A model generated the notes under the pieces. It had not been told where the DNA came from and made no database searches. It saw only the letters and a list, made by a program, of their open reading frames with translations. A DNA stretch of 64,000 nucleotides from positions 71,968 to 135,967 of the forward strand of contig CAVRGP010000001.1 of the NCBI GenBank assembly GCA_963720755.1, read 5' to 3'. Made by a program: the position numbers and the translations under genes. Source of the stretch: an uncultured Chloroflexia bacterium (GTDB lineage Bacteria > Chloroflexota > Limnocylindria > Limnocylindrales > CSP1-4). Shown one piece after another: positions 52,840 through 63,398 of the stretch (within the stretch, counting starts at the first letter, position 1; the number at the start of each line of letters is the position of its first letter).

Positions 52840-53679
52840 TCACACCAGTAGTCCAGCACCGAAATAGAGGCCAGCGGCGAGGATCGTCCCTGCCGCGATC
52901 GAACCGACGTTGATGTAGAGCAGACCGGTCGCCGACTCCATCGACCGGCTTCTGGCCGTCTGGACCGACGCCCAACACACGATAAGCGGGAAGACCAGAC
53001 CGACGATCAGCCGGAGCCACACGAACAATGCCCATGGCCCGACGAGTGACGAGAATGGTGCGACATCGGCTGGCCCCGCGCCAGTCGCCGTCCAGGCGAC
53101 GAACAGGACGATCTGGACGATGACGACGGCGAGGAGTGCCCGCGCCAGCAGGATCAGTGGCGCCTCAGGGAGTTTGGGCGTGACCAGGTACCAGTGCCCG
53201 AGGATCATCGCCGCGAAGACCCCGCCGATGGCAGCGCTGACCACCGCCAGCTGGACCAGCAGTGAGACTGCCCCGAACGACCCGCCTCCCCAGGCGAGCG
53301 CCCCGAATGCGAGCGTGGCCGATGCCGCGGCGAGACCGGCCCACTCCAGGCCGCCAGCGATGCGCGGGCCAGCTCGTCGGCCCACCAGCCAGCCGGCCAC
53401 GAGCACGGTGAACAGGAGCAGGGCCGCCCGGCGGGGCGCATCCCAGGCCGGGTCGACGACCACGGGTGAGTCCTGGAGGGAGGTCGGCAAGGCGCCGTCG
53501 GAGATCCAGGCCAGGATCGCGAAGCCGAGAGCGCACATCGCCGCGAAGCGCAGGTAACCGGGCGTCGCGGACGTCCGACGGCGAAGCAGGACGATCGCGA
53601 CATACGTCCCGAGTGCCAGCCCCGTCAGCAGGGTCCAGTTCACGAACGCGAGGTTCTGCCCGATCTGCGTGGCGGCCAT
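52840..53679 (-). CDS. Polytopic membrane protein (about 8 TM), DmsC/NrfD-like or uncharacterised
   Basis: Multiple hydrophobic helices, AMILGHWYLV and RSMESATGLLY motifs. ATG lies 6 nt after TACACT. Confidence 0.65.
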   Translation of the reverse strand: MAATQIGQNLAFVNWTLLTGLALGTYVAIVLLRRRTSATPGYLRFAAMCALGFAILAWISDGALPTSLQDSPVVVDPAWDAPRRAALLLFTVLVAGWLVGRRAGPRIAGGLEWAGLAAASATLAFGALAWGGGSFGAVSLLVQLAVVSAAIGGVFAAMILGHWYLVTPKLPEAPLILLARALLAVVIVQIVLFVAWTATGAGPADVAPFSSLVGPWALFVWLRLIVGLVFPLIVCWASVQTARSRSMESATGLLYINVGSIAAGTILAAGLYFGAGLLV

Positions 53680-53726
53680 GGCCCGAGTGTAGCCGCGATG
53701 TAGCATCGGACCCGGAGGTGTCCAGC

Positions 53727-54458
53727 ATGGGTCTTGATCGTGACACGACGTTCACCTGGTATGGCCATGCCTGTGTCGAGGTCCGGACACCGGGCGACAA
53801 GGTGATCCTCATCGATCCGTGGTTCGGCAACCCGCTGAGCCCGCGCACGGCAGACTCCGTCGATCGCTGCGATCTGCTCCTCGTGACCCATGGTCATGCG
53901 GACCACATGGGTGACGCGGTCGCCCTGGCCAGCCGCCTGCGTCCGGCCTGGCCATGCATCCACGAGATGTGGCTGTGGCTGGCCCGGCGGTTGCCCGGTG
54001 GTGGAGACGCGGCGACGGGCATGAACAAGGGTGGCACGGTCGAATCAGCGGGGATCTCCGTCACGATGGTCCAGGCGAACCACTCCTCCGGGGACTGGAA
54101 CGCGGCGGGAGAGACCACCCTGTACCTCGGTGAACCGGCGGGCTTCGTCGTCGCGCTGGAGAACGGCTTCCGCTTCTACCACGCTGGTGATACCGACGTA
54201 TTCGGGGACATGGCCCTGATCCGCGAACTCCATCGACCGGACCTGGCGTTGCTTCCCATCGGTGGCCACTTCACGATGGGACCCCGCGAAGCGGCGCTGG
54301 CCGTCGAGCTCCTGGGCGTCAAGCACGTCATGCCGATCCACTACGGGACCTTCCCGCTCCTGGCCGGGACGCCCGATCAGTTGCGGACCGAACTGGATGC
54401 GCGTGGGCTGGCGGATGTCGCGATCCACGCACCTGAGCCGGGGGGCTGCGTCGCCTAG
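53727..54458 (+). CDS. Metallo-beta-lactamase-fold hydrolase (UPF0173-like)
   Basis: WYGHA, IDPW, THGHADH, YHAGDT, PIGGHFTMGP, PIHYGTFP. GGAGG RBS. Confidence 0.9.
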   Translation: MGLDRDTTFTWYGHACVEVRTPGDKVILIDPWFGNPLSPRTADSVDRCDLLLVTHGHADHMGDAVALASRLRPAWPCIHEMWLWLARRLPGGGDAATGMNKGGTVESAGISVTMVQANHSSGDWNAAGETTLYLGEPAGFVVALENGFRFYHAGDTDVFGDMALIRELHRPDLALLPIGGHFTMGPREAALAVELLGVKHVMPIHYGTFPLLAGTPDQLRTELDARGLADVAIHAPEPGGCVA

Positions 54459-54477
54459 CGACGGGAAAGGCGATCGG

Positions 54478-55089
54478 ATGCGATCCAAACGAGTGATGGA
54501 CATCGTCATGGGATCCGCGGCGATCGTCGTGGTTGCGCCGTTCCTCGCCGGGATCGCCTTCGTGATGCGACAAACCGGCGACCATGGTCCGTTCCTCTAT
54601 CGGGCCAGGCGCATGGGCGAGCACGGTCGGACGTTCGACGTGCTCAAGATCCGCACCATGGTCGACGGTGCGAGCGGCCCACCGCTGACGGGCGCCGGGG
54701 ACCCCAGGGTCACTCGCATCGGGTCGGTTCTCCGACGCTATCGGATCGACGAGCTGCCGCAATTGTTCAACGTCGTACGCGGGGAGATGTCGCTGGTGGG
54801 TCCACGACCCGAGGATCCGACCTACGTCGACCTGTCTGACCCGATCCATCGCCGGGTCTTTACGGCCAAACCCGGGATCACCGGTCTCGCCCAGCTGGAA
54901 TTCCACGATGAGGCGTCGATGTTGGGCGGTCAGGATGCGGACCGACGCTACCGCGAGGAGGTCCTGCCAGCGAAACTCCGTCTCGACGCTGAATATCTCG
55001 ACCGCCAGTCGATCGCGCTCGATCTCGAGATCCTCCTACGCACCGTTTCCGCCGTCCTCGGTCGCCGGACAGACCGTGCTCTGAAGTAG
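54478..55089 (+). CDS. Bacterial sugar transferase (priming phosphoglycosyltransferase)
   Basis: KRVMDI, KIRTM, DPRVTRIG..LRR..IDELPQL.NV..GEMSLVGPRP, PGITG.AQ. Confidence 0.93.
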   Translation: MRSKRVMDIVMGSAAIVVVAPFLAGIAFVMRQTGDHGPFLYRARRMGEHGRTFDVLKIRTMVDGASGPPLTGAGDPRVTRIGSVLRRYRIDELPQLFNVVRGEMSLVGPRPEDPTYVDLSDPIHRRVFTAKPGITGLAQLEFHDEASMLGGQDADRRYREEVLPAKLRLDAEYLDRQSIALDLEILLRTVSAVLGRRTDRALK

Positions 55090-55135
55090 TCCGATCACTG
55101 GCAGGTTCGGCTTCGTCAGTCGTCCGGGTTCGACT

Positions 55136-55672
55136 TCAGGCCTGGTCTCGACGATCTGCCGCGGCGGCCCCGGGGAATATGGCCCCGATGACGATGCCGC
55201 CCAACAGCCCGACGACGAGGCCTGTGAGATTGTCGATGACGTCGGCGCTTTGGCATTGGCGACCCAGTGGCGTTACCACGAGCTGGATCCCTTCGACGAC
55301 GAATGGAAGAGCGATCGCCGCCAGGATGAGCAACGCCTTGCCCCTCGACCTGGGGAGCAAACCGAGAGCCAAACCGAGCGGCGCAAACAGTAGGACGTTC
55401 ATGCCCGTCTCGTCGAGCTCGAGGATCTCCCGAAGGGGCGCCAATGTCATGCGGCTGAGATCGCATCGACCGCTCCCCGATGTGCCGTCGACGATCGCCT
55501 CGGCCCCAGGCGTCAGGGTCGCGGCGATCACGAGACCGATGCCGGCGACCAGTCCCCACGCGACAAGCCGTGATGTCCCTAGCACCCTTGCTACTCGGAT
55601 CCTCAGCGCGAACCCCAAGATCACGGCGAGCGCGACACCCGGAAGGAGACCCGGATAGTCGGGGAGATTCAT
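55136..55672 (-). CDS. VanZ-like membrane protein
   Basis: TLTP, NVLLFAPLG, VEGIQ...GR..DVIDNLTG. Confidence 0.78.
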   Translation of the reverse strand: MNLPDYPGLLPGVALAVILGFALRIRVARVLGTSRLVAWGLVAGIGLVIAATLTPGAEAIVDGTSGSGRCDLSRMTLAPLREILELDETGMNVLLFAPLGLALGLLPRSRGKALLILAAIALPFVVEGIQLVVTPLGRQCQSADVIDNLTGLVVGLLGGIVIGAIFPGAAAADRRDQA

Positions 55673-55723
55673 GTCCAATCGGGTGGTCCTCTACGGCGGG
55701 CTCGTCCCGGCGGCATTCCCGGC

Positions 55724-56911
55724 TCAGAGCCGCGAAGATCCCAGGATCTGGGCAAGGCCAGCGACGACACGGTCCACGTCCGCGCTCGACATATCCGGCC
55801 AGATCGGCAGCGAGATCACTCGCTCGTACTCGCGCGTGGCCACCGGAAAATCGGACCCGGCAAACCCGCGGCGGACGTAATACGGGTGGAGGTGCAGCGG
55901 GATGAAGTGGACACTCGTGCCGATCCCGAGTCGCTTGAGTTCTTCGATGACCTGGCCGCGGTCGACAGCGAGTCGCTCGAGGTGCAGCCGGAGGACGTAC
56001 AGGTGCCAGGCGTGCGATCCATCCGCGGTGTCGAGCGGAAGCTCGACGAGATCACCGACCTGACTCGCCCGAAGTCGCTCCGAGTACCTGGCCGCGATGG
56101 ACCGGCGAGCGGCGAGCAATTCGTCGGCACGGTCAAGCTGGACGCGACCGAGCGCGGCGGCGATGTCGGTCATGTTGTACTTGTAGCCGACATCCTCGAT
56201 CTCATAGAACCACGACCCGGCCTCGGAATATCGATTCCATGCATTCCGGCTGATCCCGTGAAGCGACATCTGACGGGCACGGTCAGCGACCTTCTGATCG
56301 TCCGTGACGAGCATCCCGCCCTCTCCGGTGGTGATCGTCTTCGTCGCATAGAAGGAATAGGCGCCGACTCGACCGAATGTCCCCACAAAGCGTCCCCCGG
56401 ATGCTCCGATCCTGGCCGGAAAGGCATGCGCTGCATCTTCGATGACCGGGATCCCGAGCGGGTCGAGCATCTCGATCAGTCGCCCGACCTCGACCGGGTA
56501 TCCGGCCACGTGCACGACGATGACGGCGCGCGTCTTCGGAGTCACGGCAGCGAGCACAGCATCGGCCGTGACGTTGAGCGTTCGAGCGTCGACGTCGACA
56601 AGGATCGGCCGAGCCTGGAGGTAGGCAACGACCTCGGCGCTTGCGGCAAAGGTCCATGTCGGCACGATGACCTCGTCACCGGCGGTAACGCCCAGGGCCT
56701 CGAGAGATAAGTGCAGAGCCGCTGTCGCCGAATTGAGGGCGATGGCATGGGTCGTCCCGACCTTCGCGGCAAACTCCGCTTCGAACCTTCTCGTTTCCGG
56801 TCCGGTCGTGAGCCACCCGGACTCAAGGACGGTGCGAACAGCCTCGATCTCTCGCGCCGTGATCGACGGACGCGCGAAAGCGAGGAAGGGTCGGCCGGAC
56901 GGTTCGTTCAT
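55724..56911 (-). CDS. DegT/DnrJ/EryC1/StrS family sugar aminotransferase
   Basis: SGWLTTG, NSATAALH, EDAAHA, SFYATKTITTGEGGM, GYKYNMTD. Confidence 0.94.
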   Translation of the reverse strand: MNEPSGRPFLAFARPSITAREIEAVRTVLESGWLTTGPETRRFEAEFAAKVGTTHAIALNSATAALHLSLEALGVTAGDEVIVPTWTFAASAEVVAYLQARPILVDVDARTLNVTADAVLAAVTPKTRAVIVVHVAGYPVEVGRLIEMLDPLGIPVIEDAAHAFPARIGASGGRFVGTFGRVGAYSFYATKTITTGEGGMLVTDDQKVADRARQMSLHGISRNAWNRYSEAGSWFYEIEDVGYKYNMTDIAAALGRVQLDRADELLAARRSIAARYSERLRASQVGDLVELPLDTADGSHAWHLYVLRLHLERLAVDRGQVIEELKRLGIGTSVHFIPLHLHPYYVRRGFAGSDFPVATREYERVISLPIWPDMSSADVDRVVAGLAQILGSSRL

Positions 56912-57078
56912 CGCGGCGCGGCCGCGTCATCTGCGATGATGCGCAACTGGTCATCTCCGTTCCGGACGCGGATTTGATCGGATTGGTTGATTCGAGAATG
57001 AATGATAGGGGCTTGGCGCGACGGGGTACGAAATGCTCAGGATCATGTTAGGAATGGCGGCTGGCTCCAAGGCCCAGG

Positions 57079-58212
57079 GTGAGTGACCCGCCACCGCCGG
57101 CTCTCCTCATTGTCGCGGAGGGCGGGGACGCCGGCGGGATCGCCCGATACTGTGTCGACCTCGCGACCGAAGTCGGTTCGGCGGCACACGTGGCATGCCT
57201 GTGCCCGAGGCCGTGCTCGGCCGATGATTGCTGGCTCGCCGCTCAGTGCGGGACCCGGAACGTCAAACTGCATCGGATCCCGATGGCGGCCAGGGGCTGG
57301 ACGTCCGGCCTCCGCGGACTCGTGCACTTGTGGCGTCGGAGCGGCCAGCCGACGATCCACGTCAATGGCCGTCGCGGGAATTTCGTGGCGATGACCGCGC
57401 GACTCAGCGTACCGGGATTCCGCTACGTCACCACCGTCCATGGGATCCTGGGTCTCCACGACCGGCGCAACACGATCTATCGAATCGTCGATCTCGCGGC
57501 CGGCTGGTTCGCGACGAGCGTGATCGCCGTCAGCCAGCATGGCCGAGATGCGCTCGTTCGGGCTGGAAGTCCGGACAGGCGCACTGTGACGATCACGAAC
57601 GGCCTCTCCACGACGGATCTCGATCGTCTTCGAATCATCGCCACACGGCGCGGTGGCTCGCCAGACGGCCAAACGATCCGCATCGGGTTCCTGGGCCGGC
57701 TAAGTCCAGAGAAAGGGACCCGAGAACTCGCCTCGCTCGCCCATGCGCTTTCGTCGCACGGTGGGTTCCGGCTCGACATCGGGGGCGACGGCGCGGAGCG
57801 AGCGCGGCTCCTCGATGCCACCGGAGATCTCCTCCGGAGCGGGTTCGCTGCGTGGCATGGCACGATCCGGGATCCGATCGAGTTCCTGGAGGATGTTGAC
57901 ATCCTCGTGCTTCCGTCCCACAACGAAGGCTTGCCGTATGCACTCCTGGAAGGCATGGCGGCGGGCTGTGCCGTCGTCGCATACGCCGTCGGCGGGATCC
58001 CTGAGGTGATACGCGAGCCGAGTCTGGGGATCCTGGTCGAACCAGGCGATGAAGATCGATTCGTCGAAGCCGTGATCGAACTGGCCGGCGACCAAGACCG
58101 CCGACAGGTGATGGGTGCAGCCGCTTCCGCCCACATCGCGGCCGAATACAGCCTCGACAGCCGGATGGCGGCGTTGCGAAAGACTTGGGGCCTGGACGGC
58201 ACGGAGACATGA
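57079..58212 (+). CDS. Glycosyltransferase family 4
   Basis: GGIARY, TTVHG, GRLSPEKG, EGLPYALLEGMAAG, GGIPE. Confidence 0.9.
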   Translation: MSDPPPPALLIVAEGGDAGGIARYCVDLATEVGSAAHVACLCPRPCSADDCWLAAQCGTRNVKLHRIPMAARGWTSGLRGLVHLWRRSGQPTIHVNGRRGNFVAMTARLSVPGFRYVTTVHGILGLHDRRNTIYRIVDLAAGWFATSVIAVSQHGRDALVRAGSPDRRTVTITNGLSTTDLDRLRIIATRRGGSPDGQTIRIGFLGRLSPEKGTRELASLAHALSSHGGFRLDIGGDGAERARLLDATGDLLRSGFAAWHGTIRDPIEFLEDVDILVLPSHNEGLPYALLEGMAAGCAVVAYAVGGIPEVIREPSLGILVEPGDEDRFVEAVIELAGDQDRRQVMGAAASAHIAAEYSLDSRMAALRKTWGLDGTET

Positions 58213-59378
58213 CTCGCGTCGTCGTCGTCGATCTGCTCTGCGAAGTGCCGTACTACAGCGGACCATTGACCGACGCCCTCTCCGGCGCCGGGGCGCAATC
58301 TGAGCTAGCCAGTCCCCGCTTCTACCTGGAGCCGAACTTCCTCGACTCATACCCACGGGCCACCTGGATCAGGGACCTGGTCGTCCATGCCAGTCGGCCG
58401 CGGTTTGTGCGTCTAGCGGTCCGGGGAGTCGAATTCTGGTTGAACCTCGTCAGCCTGGTCGCTCGTGTCCTGCTGGGCCGGTATGACGTCGTCCATGTCC
58501 AGTGGATCCCGCTCGACGGACGAACGTCGGGCTTCATGCGGATCCTGCGGGTCGCCTGCGATCGATCGAGGACGCTCCTCGTCGTCACGGCGCATAACGC
58601 GTTGCCGCACGACCACACGGGGCGCGGAACGGCGACGATCCGAAAGAATCTGGATCTCGCCGACCTGGTCGTCGCCCAGACCGATCATGTCGCTCGAGAG
58701 CTTACCCAAGCCGTCGGTTCGAGCGCGCCAGTGGCCTTGATCCCTCACGGTCCACTGTTCATCGACCGCGCGCTGCCAGAGCGACGCGACGCAGCCACCC
58801 GATTGGGCTTGTCACCGGCTCCCACGGTCCTCTTTCTCGGCCTGATACGACCGTACAAGGGACTCGACGTCCTCGCAGACGCGTGGCCGGGAGTCCGGGC
58901 GGCCGACGCGGATGCACGGCTCCTCATTGTCGGGAAGGTGTTCGATCCAACGGTTCGGCCGGAACTGGATCGAGCCCGTAAGCTTCCGGGCGTGGACGTC
59001 GTTGATCACTACGTATCGGTAGCGGAGATGCTCGACTACTACGCCGTCGCCGATGTGGTGGTCTTTCCCTACCATCGGATCTCCCAGTCCGGATCGTTCA
59101 TGACTGCGGTCGGACTCGGCCGACCGACGGTGATCACCCCGATCGAGGGCCTCCTAGAACAAGCCCGGACGCTCACCTCATGCACCGTGGCCGACGAGGT
59201 CAGCGCAACCGCGGTCGCACGAGCGCTGACCACGAGTCTGGCGCGGGCGGCTGACCTTCAGCTGGCCGCTGGGCGCGATCGCGATGCGATCGGGGAGTCG
59301 GCGGTCGGATGGGCCGCCATCGCAGCGGCGACGCTTGCCGTCTACGGATCACGCGGATCCACAAGGTCAGCACCATGA
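58209..59378 (+). CDS. Glycosyltransferase family 4
   Basis: HVQW, TAHNALPH, IPHG, GLIRPYKG, PY.RISQSG. ATGA-coupled start. Confidence 0.88.
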   Translation: MTRVVVVDLLCEVPYYSGPLTDALSGAGAQSELASPRFYLEPNFLDSYPRATWIRDLVVHASRPRFVRLAVRGVEFWLNLVSLVARVLLGRYDVVHVQWIPLDGRTSGFMRILRVACDRSRTLLVVTAHNALPHDHTGRGTATIRKNLDLADLVVAQTDHVARELTQAVGSSAPVALIPHGPLFIDRALPERRDAATRLGLSPAPTVLFLGLIRPYKGLDVLADAWPGVRAADADARLLIVGKVFDPTVRPELDRARKLPGVDVVDHYVSVAEMLDYYAVADVVVFPYHRISQSGSFMTAVGLGRPTVITPIEGLLEQARTLTSCTVADEVSATAVARALTTSLARAADLQLAAGRDRDAIGESAVGWAAIAAATLAVYGSRGSTRSAP

Positions 59379-60853
59379 ACGCGAGACCGTTGCGAGTCGC
59401 CGTCGCTACCTCCGGTCAGCTGTCACCTTGGCAGGAATACTGCGTTGAACACGTGGCAGCGATCCCCGGTACGACGGTGGTGGACTGGCCCATGGCATCC
59501 GTTCCGGACGCACCGGGGCCGGCAGCAGTGGACGTACTGCTCGACCTGACCAACGAGGGGTTCGACCCGAAGTCGGATGCTCTGATCGAGACCTGGAGAT
59601 TCGGGTTCGGGCAAGATCTGTCGAGAGATCTGGCCAATGTCGCCTTGCGCGACTACATTCGCGGGCCGGGCGTCACTCGAGTGGGGTTGCTTCGAATCTC
59701 CGACGGCGCCGTGCTACGCGAGGGCTGGCTGCAGACGGTGTCGTGGTGGCACCAGGCGGAGCTTGACCGGGTCCTCATGACGCCAGCAACGTGGCCCGCA
59801 ACGCTGATCCGCGAGCGCCTCCAGGGGTCTGACCTGAGCGCCGTAGCGGATGTGCCTGGCCCGTCGCGATCCGGCGACGTACCTCCATCGGGCGAACTCG
59901 CGCGTCGCCGCGGCGGCAGGCGGGGCAGTCCCAGCGCTCCCCGTGCGGCGCTCACGGCGCTCGCCGGGGGTCGCCGGATGATCGGGGTCGCCGACGCGCT
60001 GATCCACCATGATGACTGGAATATCGGGGTCCTCGCGTCCCCCATTCGATCCACCCTGACCCAGGGGGTCGGCGGATCCATCCATTGGCTTCCGACCAAT
60101 CCTGGCCACTACGCCGCGGATCCCTTCGGCATCGAGCGCGACGGCATGTTGCACATCCTGTATGAGGACTTCGACCAGCGTCGATCCATCGGGACGATCC
60201 GTCACGTGTCGGTCGGGCCCGGCGGCGACGTCTCGGAGTCGATGGCCGTACTCGAGCCGGGGATGCACGCATCCTACCCATTCTTGATCGAAGACGAAGG
60301 CCGCATCTTCATGCTGCCGGAGATCGCCGCGTCCGGAGAGTTGACGCTTTACGAAGCGCGCGACTTCCCGGGTCAGTGGCATCCAGTCGCCACGCTCCTC
60401 GCTGGGATCCCTGCGGTGGATGCATCTGTGTTGCGATTCCAAGATCGCTGGTGGATGTTCGCGTGCCGGTCGGACTACGGGATCAACCATGATCTCTTCA
60501 TCTGGCATGCCCCGGATCTCCGAGGGCCATGGACCCCGCATAGCGACAATCCGGTGAAGACGGACGCGCGATCGGCACGACCGGGCGGGACCCCATTTGT
60601 GGTTGACGGCATCCTTTATCGGCCGAGCCAGGACGACTCGACGATCTATGGCCGGCGGGTAGTCATCAATCGGGTCGACATGTTGACGCCGACGAGCTTC
60701 CGCGAGCGGCCCGCACGGGTCGTCAGCCCGGTCCCAGATTCGCCATACCCTGCCGGATTGCACACGCTGTCCGCCGTGGGCGATCGGACCTTGATCGATG
60801 GTAACCGCCGCCATTTCGTGCTCGATGCCCTTCGCGCGAAGCTCGGGCGGTGA
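59375..60853 (+). CDS. Beta-propeller protein resembling the N-terminal domain of glucosamine inositolphosphorylceramide transferase (GINT1)
   Basis: ADPF, HASYPFL..GRIFMLPE, GPWTPH..NPV..D...ARPGG, RPSQD...YG, HTL. Confidence 0.7.
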   Translation: MNARPLRVAVATSGQLSPWQEYCVEHVAAIPGTTVVDWPMASVPDAPGPAAVDVLLDLTNEGFDPKSDALIETWRFGFGQDLSRDLANVALRDYIRGPGVTRVGLLRISDGAVLREGWLQTVSWWHQAELDRVLMTPATWPATLIRERLQGSDLSAVADVPGPSRSGDVPPSGELARRRGGRRGSPSAPRAALTALAGGRRMIGVADALIHHDDWNIGVLASPIRSTLTQGVGGSIHWLPTNPGHYAADPFGIERDGMLHILYEDFDQRRSIGTIRHVSVGPGGDVSESMAVLEPGMHASYPFLIEDEGRIFMLPEIAASGELTLYEARDFPGQWHPVATLLAGIPAVDASVLRFQDRWWMFACRSDYGINHDLFIWHAPDLRGPWTPHSDNPVKTDARSARPGGTPFVVDGILYRPSQDDSTIYGRRVVINRVDMLTPTSFRERPARVVSPVPDSPYPAGLHTLSAVGDRTLIDGNRRHFVLDALRAKLGR

Positions 60854-60865
60854 TCGTCGTCGCCG

Positions 60866-62032
60866 TCAACGGATGTCGTCGAGATGCTGCGCGAGGAATT
60901 CGATCACCCTGTCAACAGCTCGATCGCCAAGGCTCGGGTCCGTCGGCAGGTTCACGATCTCCTCGGTCGCATGGTCGGCGAGAGGTGCGGTCCCGGGGCG
61001 ATAGCCCCACCGCTCCAGGCGTTCCGTGACCGGGTGGATCGGCGAGACGAACCAGTCCCCAAGATCGACCCCGACGCGGTTCGCCGCAGCCACGAACTTC
61101 GAGCGGTCGCTGACCCGGAGTGGGTAACGCAGGTACGCGTGCTCGACGTGCACTGGTGTCGCTGACGGTGTTCGCCCGTTGACGGACAGCCATGTCGAGT
61201 ACCGAGAGGCAATGGTCCGGCGTCGATCCACCTGGCCGGCCAGTCGTGCCATGCGCTGCGCCCCGTCGTGGGCCTGGGCGTTTGACATTCGGGCGAGGAA
61301 TCGGGAGGGCATTGCGGTCCCTTCGAGTTCGTCGCGACTCGACGAGCTTGGGATGAAACCACTCCGACTGAGTGATCGATAGAGTGAGCGGCCGCGCCGG
61401 AATACCGCTCCGCGCCCACCGTGCTCCAAGCCGAGGAGCAGGACCCGCAGCAGCGCCACGGAGTACGCAGATGGTTCGGTAGCGCCGTTCTCGAGGCCGC
61501 GTAGCCTGGCCGCGACCTCCTCATCGCGAGCGATCGCGAAGCCGCCCAGCCCAGTCGAGATCGTCTTGCTCCATTGTGTGGAAAAGAAGGACAGCGGGGC
61601 CACCGACCCATTGGGAGCTCCGTGATAAGAGCCGCCAAGGCCGTGCGTGCAGTCATCGACGATACGCACGTGATGTCGAACCGAGATCGCATCCAGAGCA
61701 TCGAGGTCGGATGACAAACCGAACGTGTTCTGGGCGACGATCACGCGGGTTCGGTCCGTCACGGCGGATTCCGCGGCCGCAGGGTCGATGGTGTAGGTGT
61801 CGGGATCGATGTCGACGTACACCGGGCGCCCACCTGCGTACAGGATCGCGTTCGGCACGGCGACGCAGGTGAAAGCCGGGAGGATGACCTCATCGCCCGG
61901 ATGAAGATCCAGTGATCGAAGGATCGCATAGAGCGCGATCCGACCTTTCGCGAATAGCGCGACGTTATCCGGAGCAACCCCGATCGTTTCGCCGATGATC
62001 GAGCGAAACCGCTCGCGGCCATCCTCGGTCAT
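60866..62032 (-). CDS. DegT/DnrJ-like PLP-dependent aminotransferase, divergent
   Basis: GRIALY, PAFTCVAV, QNTFG, DDCTH, FSTQWSKTISTGLGG (PLP Lys retained). Confidence 0.8.
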   Translation of the reverse strand: MTEDGRERFRSIIGETIGVAPDNVALFAKGRIALYAILRSLDLHPGDEVILPAFTCVAVPNAILYAGGRPVYVDIDPDTYTIDPAAAESAVTDRTRVIVAQNTFGLSSDLDALDAISVRHHVRIVDDCTHGLGGSYHGAPNGSVAPLSFFSTQWSKTISTGLGGFAIARDEEVAARLRGLENGATEPSAYSVALLRVLLLGLEHGGRGAVFRRGRSLYRSLSRSGFIPSSSSRDELEGTAMPSRFLARMSNAQAHDGAQRMARLAGQVDRRRTIASRYSTWLSVNGRTPSATPVHVEHAYLRYPLRVSDRSKFVAAANRVGVDLGDWFVSPIHPVTERLERWGYRPGTAPLADHATEEIVNLPTDPSLGDRAVDRVIEFLAQHLDDIR

Positions 62033-63288
62033 CGATCTGCGTCGACCAGGATGGGGACATACCTGCGAGCCAACGCGGCATACGTGTGCTCGCGTTCGAC
62101 ATACGCCCGCCCGTTCGCACCGAGCTCGGCTCGCCGCTCCCGTGACATCGCCTTCACGGATCGGATTGCTTCGGCTAGAGCCCGCGGGTCGTCAGGCGGG
62201 ATCGTCAAACCGCAGTCGGCCGCACCAACCCAATCGTTCGCTGCCTCGGCGGCAAGGATGATCGGCCTCGAGGCCGCCATGTAGTCATACACCTTGTTGG
62301 ACGAGATGCCGAAGCGGTAGAGCGGGCTCCGATGGTACCCGATATAGCAGACGTCGAACTCGCGCAGAGTGGCAGGCACATCGCCTTTGGCGATCGGACC
62401 GAGGAAGACGACGTTTGTGAGCCCCGCGGCCAACGCCTTCAGCCTTTCCTCCTCGGACCCTTGGCCCACGATGACGAAGTCGATGTCCTCTTCGGCCAAG
62501 ATCCTGGCCGCTCCGACCAGGACTTCGATCGCGTTGGCCACCGCGAGCGTCCCCACGAATCCGACCACGAACCGCCCGCCGCGAGTCGCGATTCGGACGT
62601 GCTCGGGTGCCTCCGGCGCCCCTCCGGCAATGGCGTCGGGGCTCACACCGTTGGGGATCACGGCCAGCTTCGACGGCGCCAGACCGCTCGACACGAAGTG
62701 GGGCCCTGCTGCGGGGAAGACCGACACGACAGCATCGGCGATCCGGTACGCACGTCTTTCGAACCAGCGCATCACGGCGACGAGTGGGTGCCACGGCGAC
62801 AGGCCCCCGAGTTCCTGGAGTGTCAGTGGCCACACGTCGCGCACCTCGAAGATCAGCTTTGCTGGGAGGCGACGTGACCACCGTTCGGCGGGCAAGATCG
62901 GGAAGAGCGACGGCGAGGAAACCACGATCGCGTCGGGCGATGGCAGACGACGGATCGGAAGCCGGTACAGCCTGAGCATGAACACAACCATATTGAGCAC
63001 CCGCCGGAGGCTCCACGCTCGAGCATAGGCAGGCACACGGACCCAGCAGTACGTCAGTCCGTCGAGCTGTTCGACAGTGTAGGCTCCTGTGGCGTGCGGG
63101 CGATGTGTGAACAGATGGGAGTAGGACCCGGAGATGATGACGACCGTCATACCAATTCCGGCGAGCTCCCGTCCTAGTTCATAGTGCCGGAACTCCATCC
63201 CATGCACCGGCGAGCCCGCGTACTGGTTCACGAACCAAACGACGAACGGGTGGTGGTCGGGCGGTTTCGAGGGGCGAGGCGCACTCAT
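62029..63288 (-). CDS. Glycosyltransferase family 4 (WbuB/Cap1E-like)
   Basis: NQYAG..RHY, VSSP, FEVRDVWP, IPNGV, SSNKVYDYMAA.RPI. Confidence 0.9.
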   Translation of the reverse strand: MSAPRPSKPPDHHPFVVWFVNQYAGSPVHGMEFRHYELGRELAGIGMTVVIISGSYSHLFTHRPHATGAYTVEQLDGLTYCWVRVPAYARAWSLRRVLNMVVFMLRLYRLPIRRLPSPDAIVVSSPSLFPILPAERWSRRLPAKLIFEVRDVWPLTLQELGGLSPWHPLVAVMRWFERRAYRIADAVVSVFPAAGPHFVSSGLAPSKLAVIPNGVSPDAIAGGAPEAPEHVRIATRGGRFVVGFVGTLAVANAIEVLVGAARILAEEDIDFVIVGQGSEEERLKALAAGLTNVVFLGPIAKGDVPATLREFDVCYIGYHRSPLYRFGISSNKVYDYMAASRPIILAAEAANDWVGAADCGLTIPPDDPRALAEAIRSVKAMSRERRAELGANGRAYVEREHTYAALARRYVPILVDADR

Positions 63289-63398
63289 TCGCGGGAAAGT
63301 AGCTCCTCGAAGCACCGGGCCACCCGGGGCCTAAACCCGCCCTGGACGGGAACGAGCAGGTCGACTATACACAAGACGGTCCCCGGTCCCCGCCAGGC

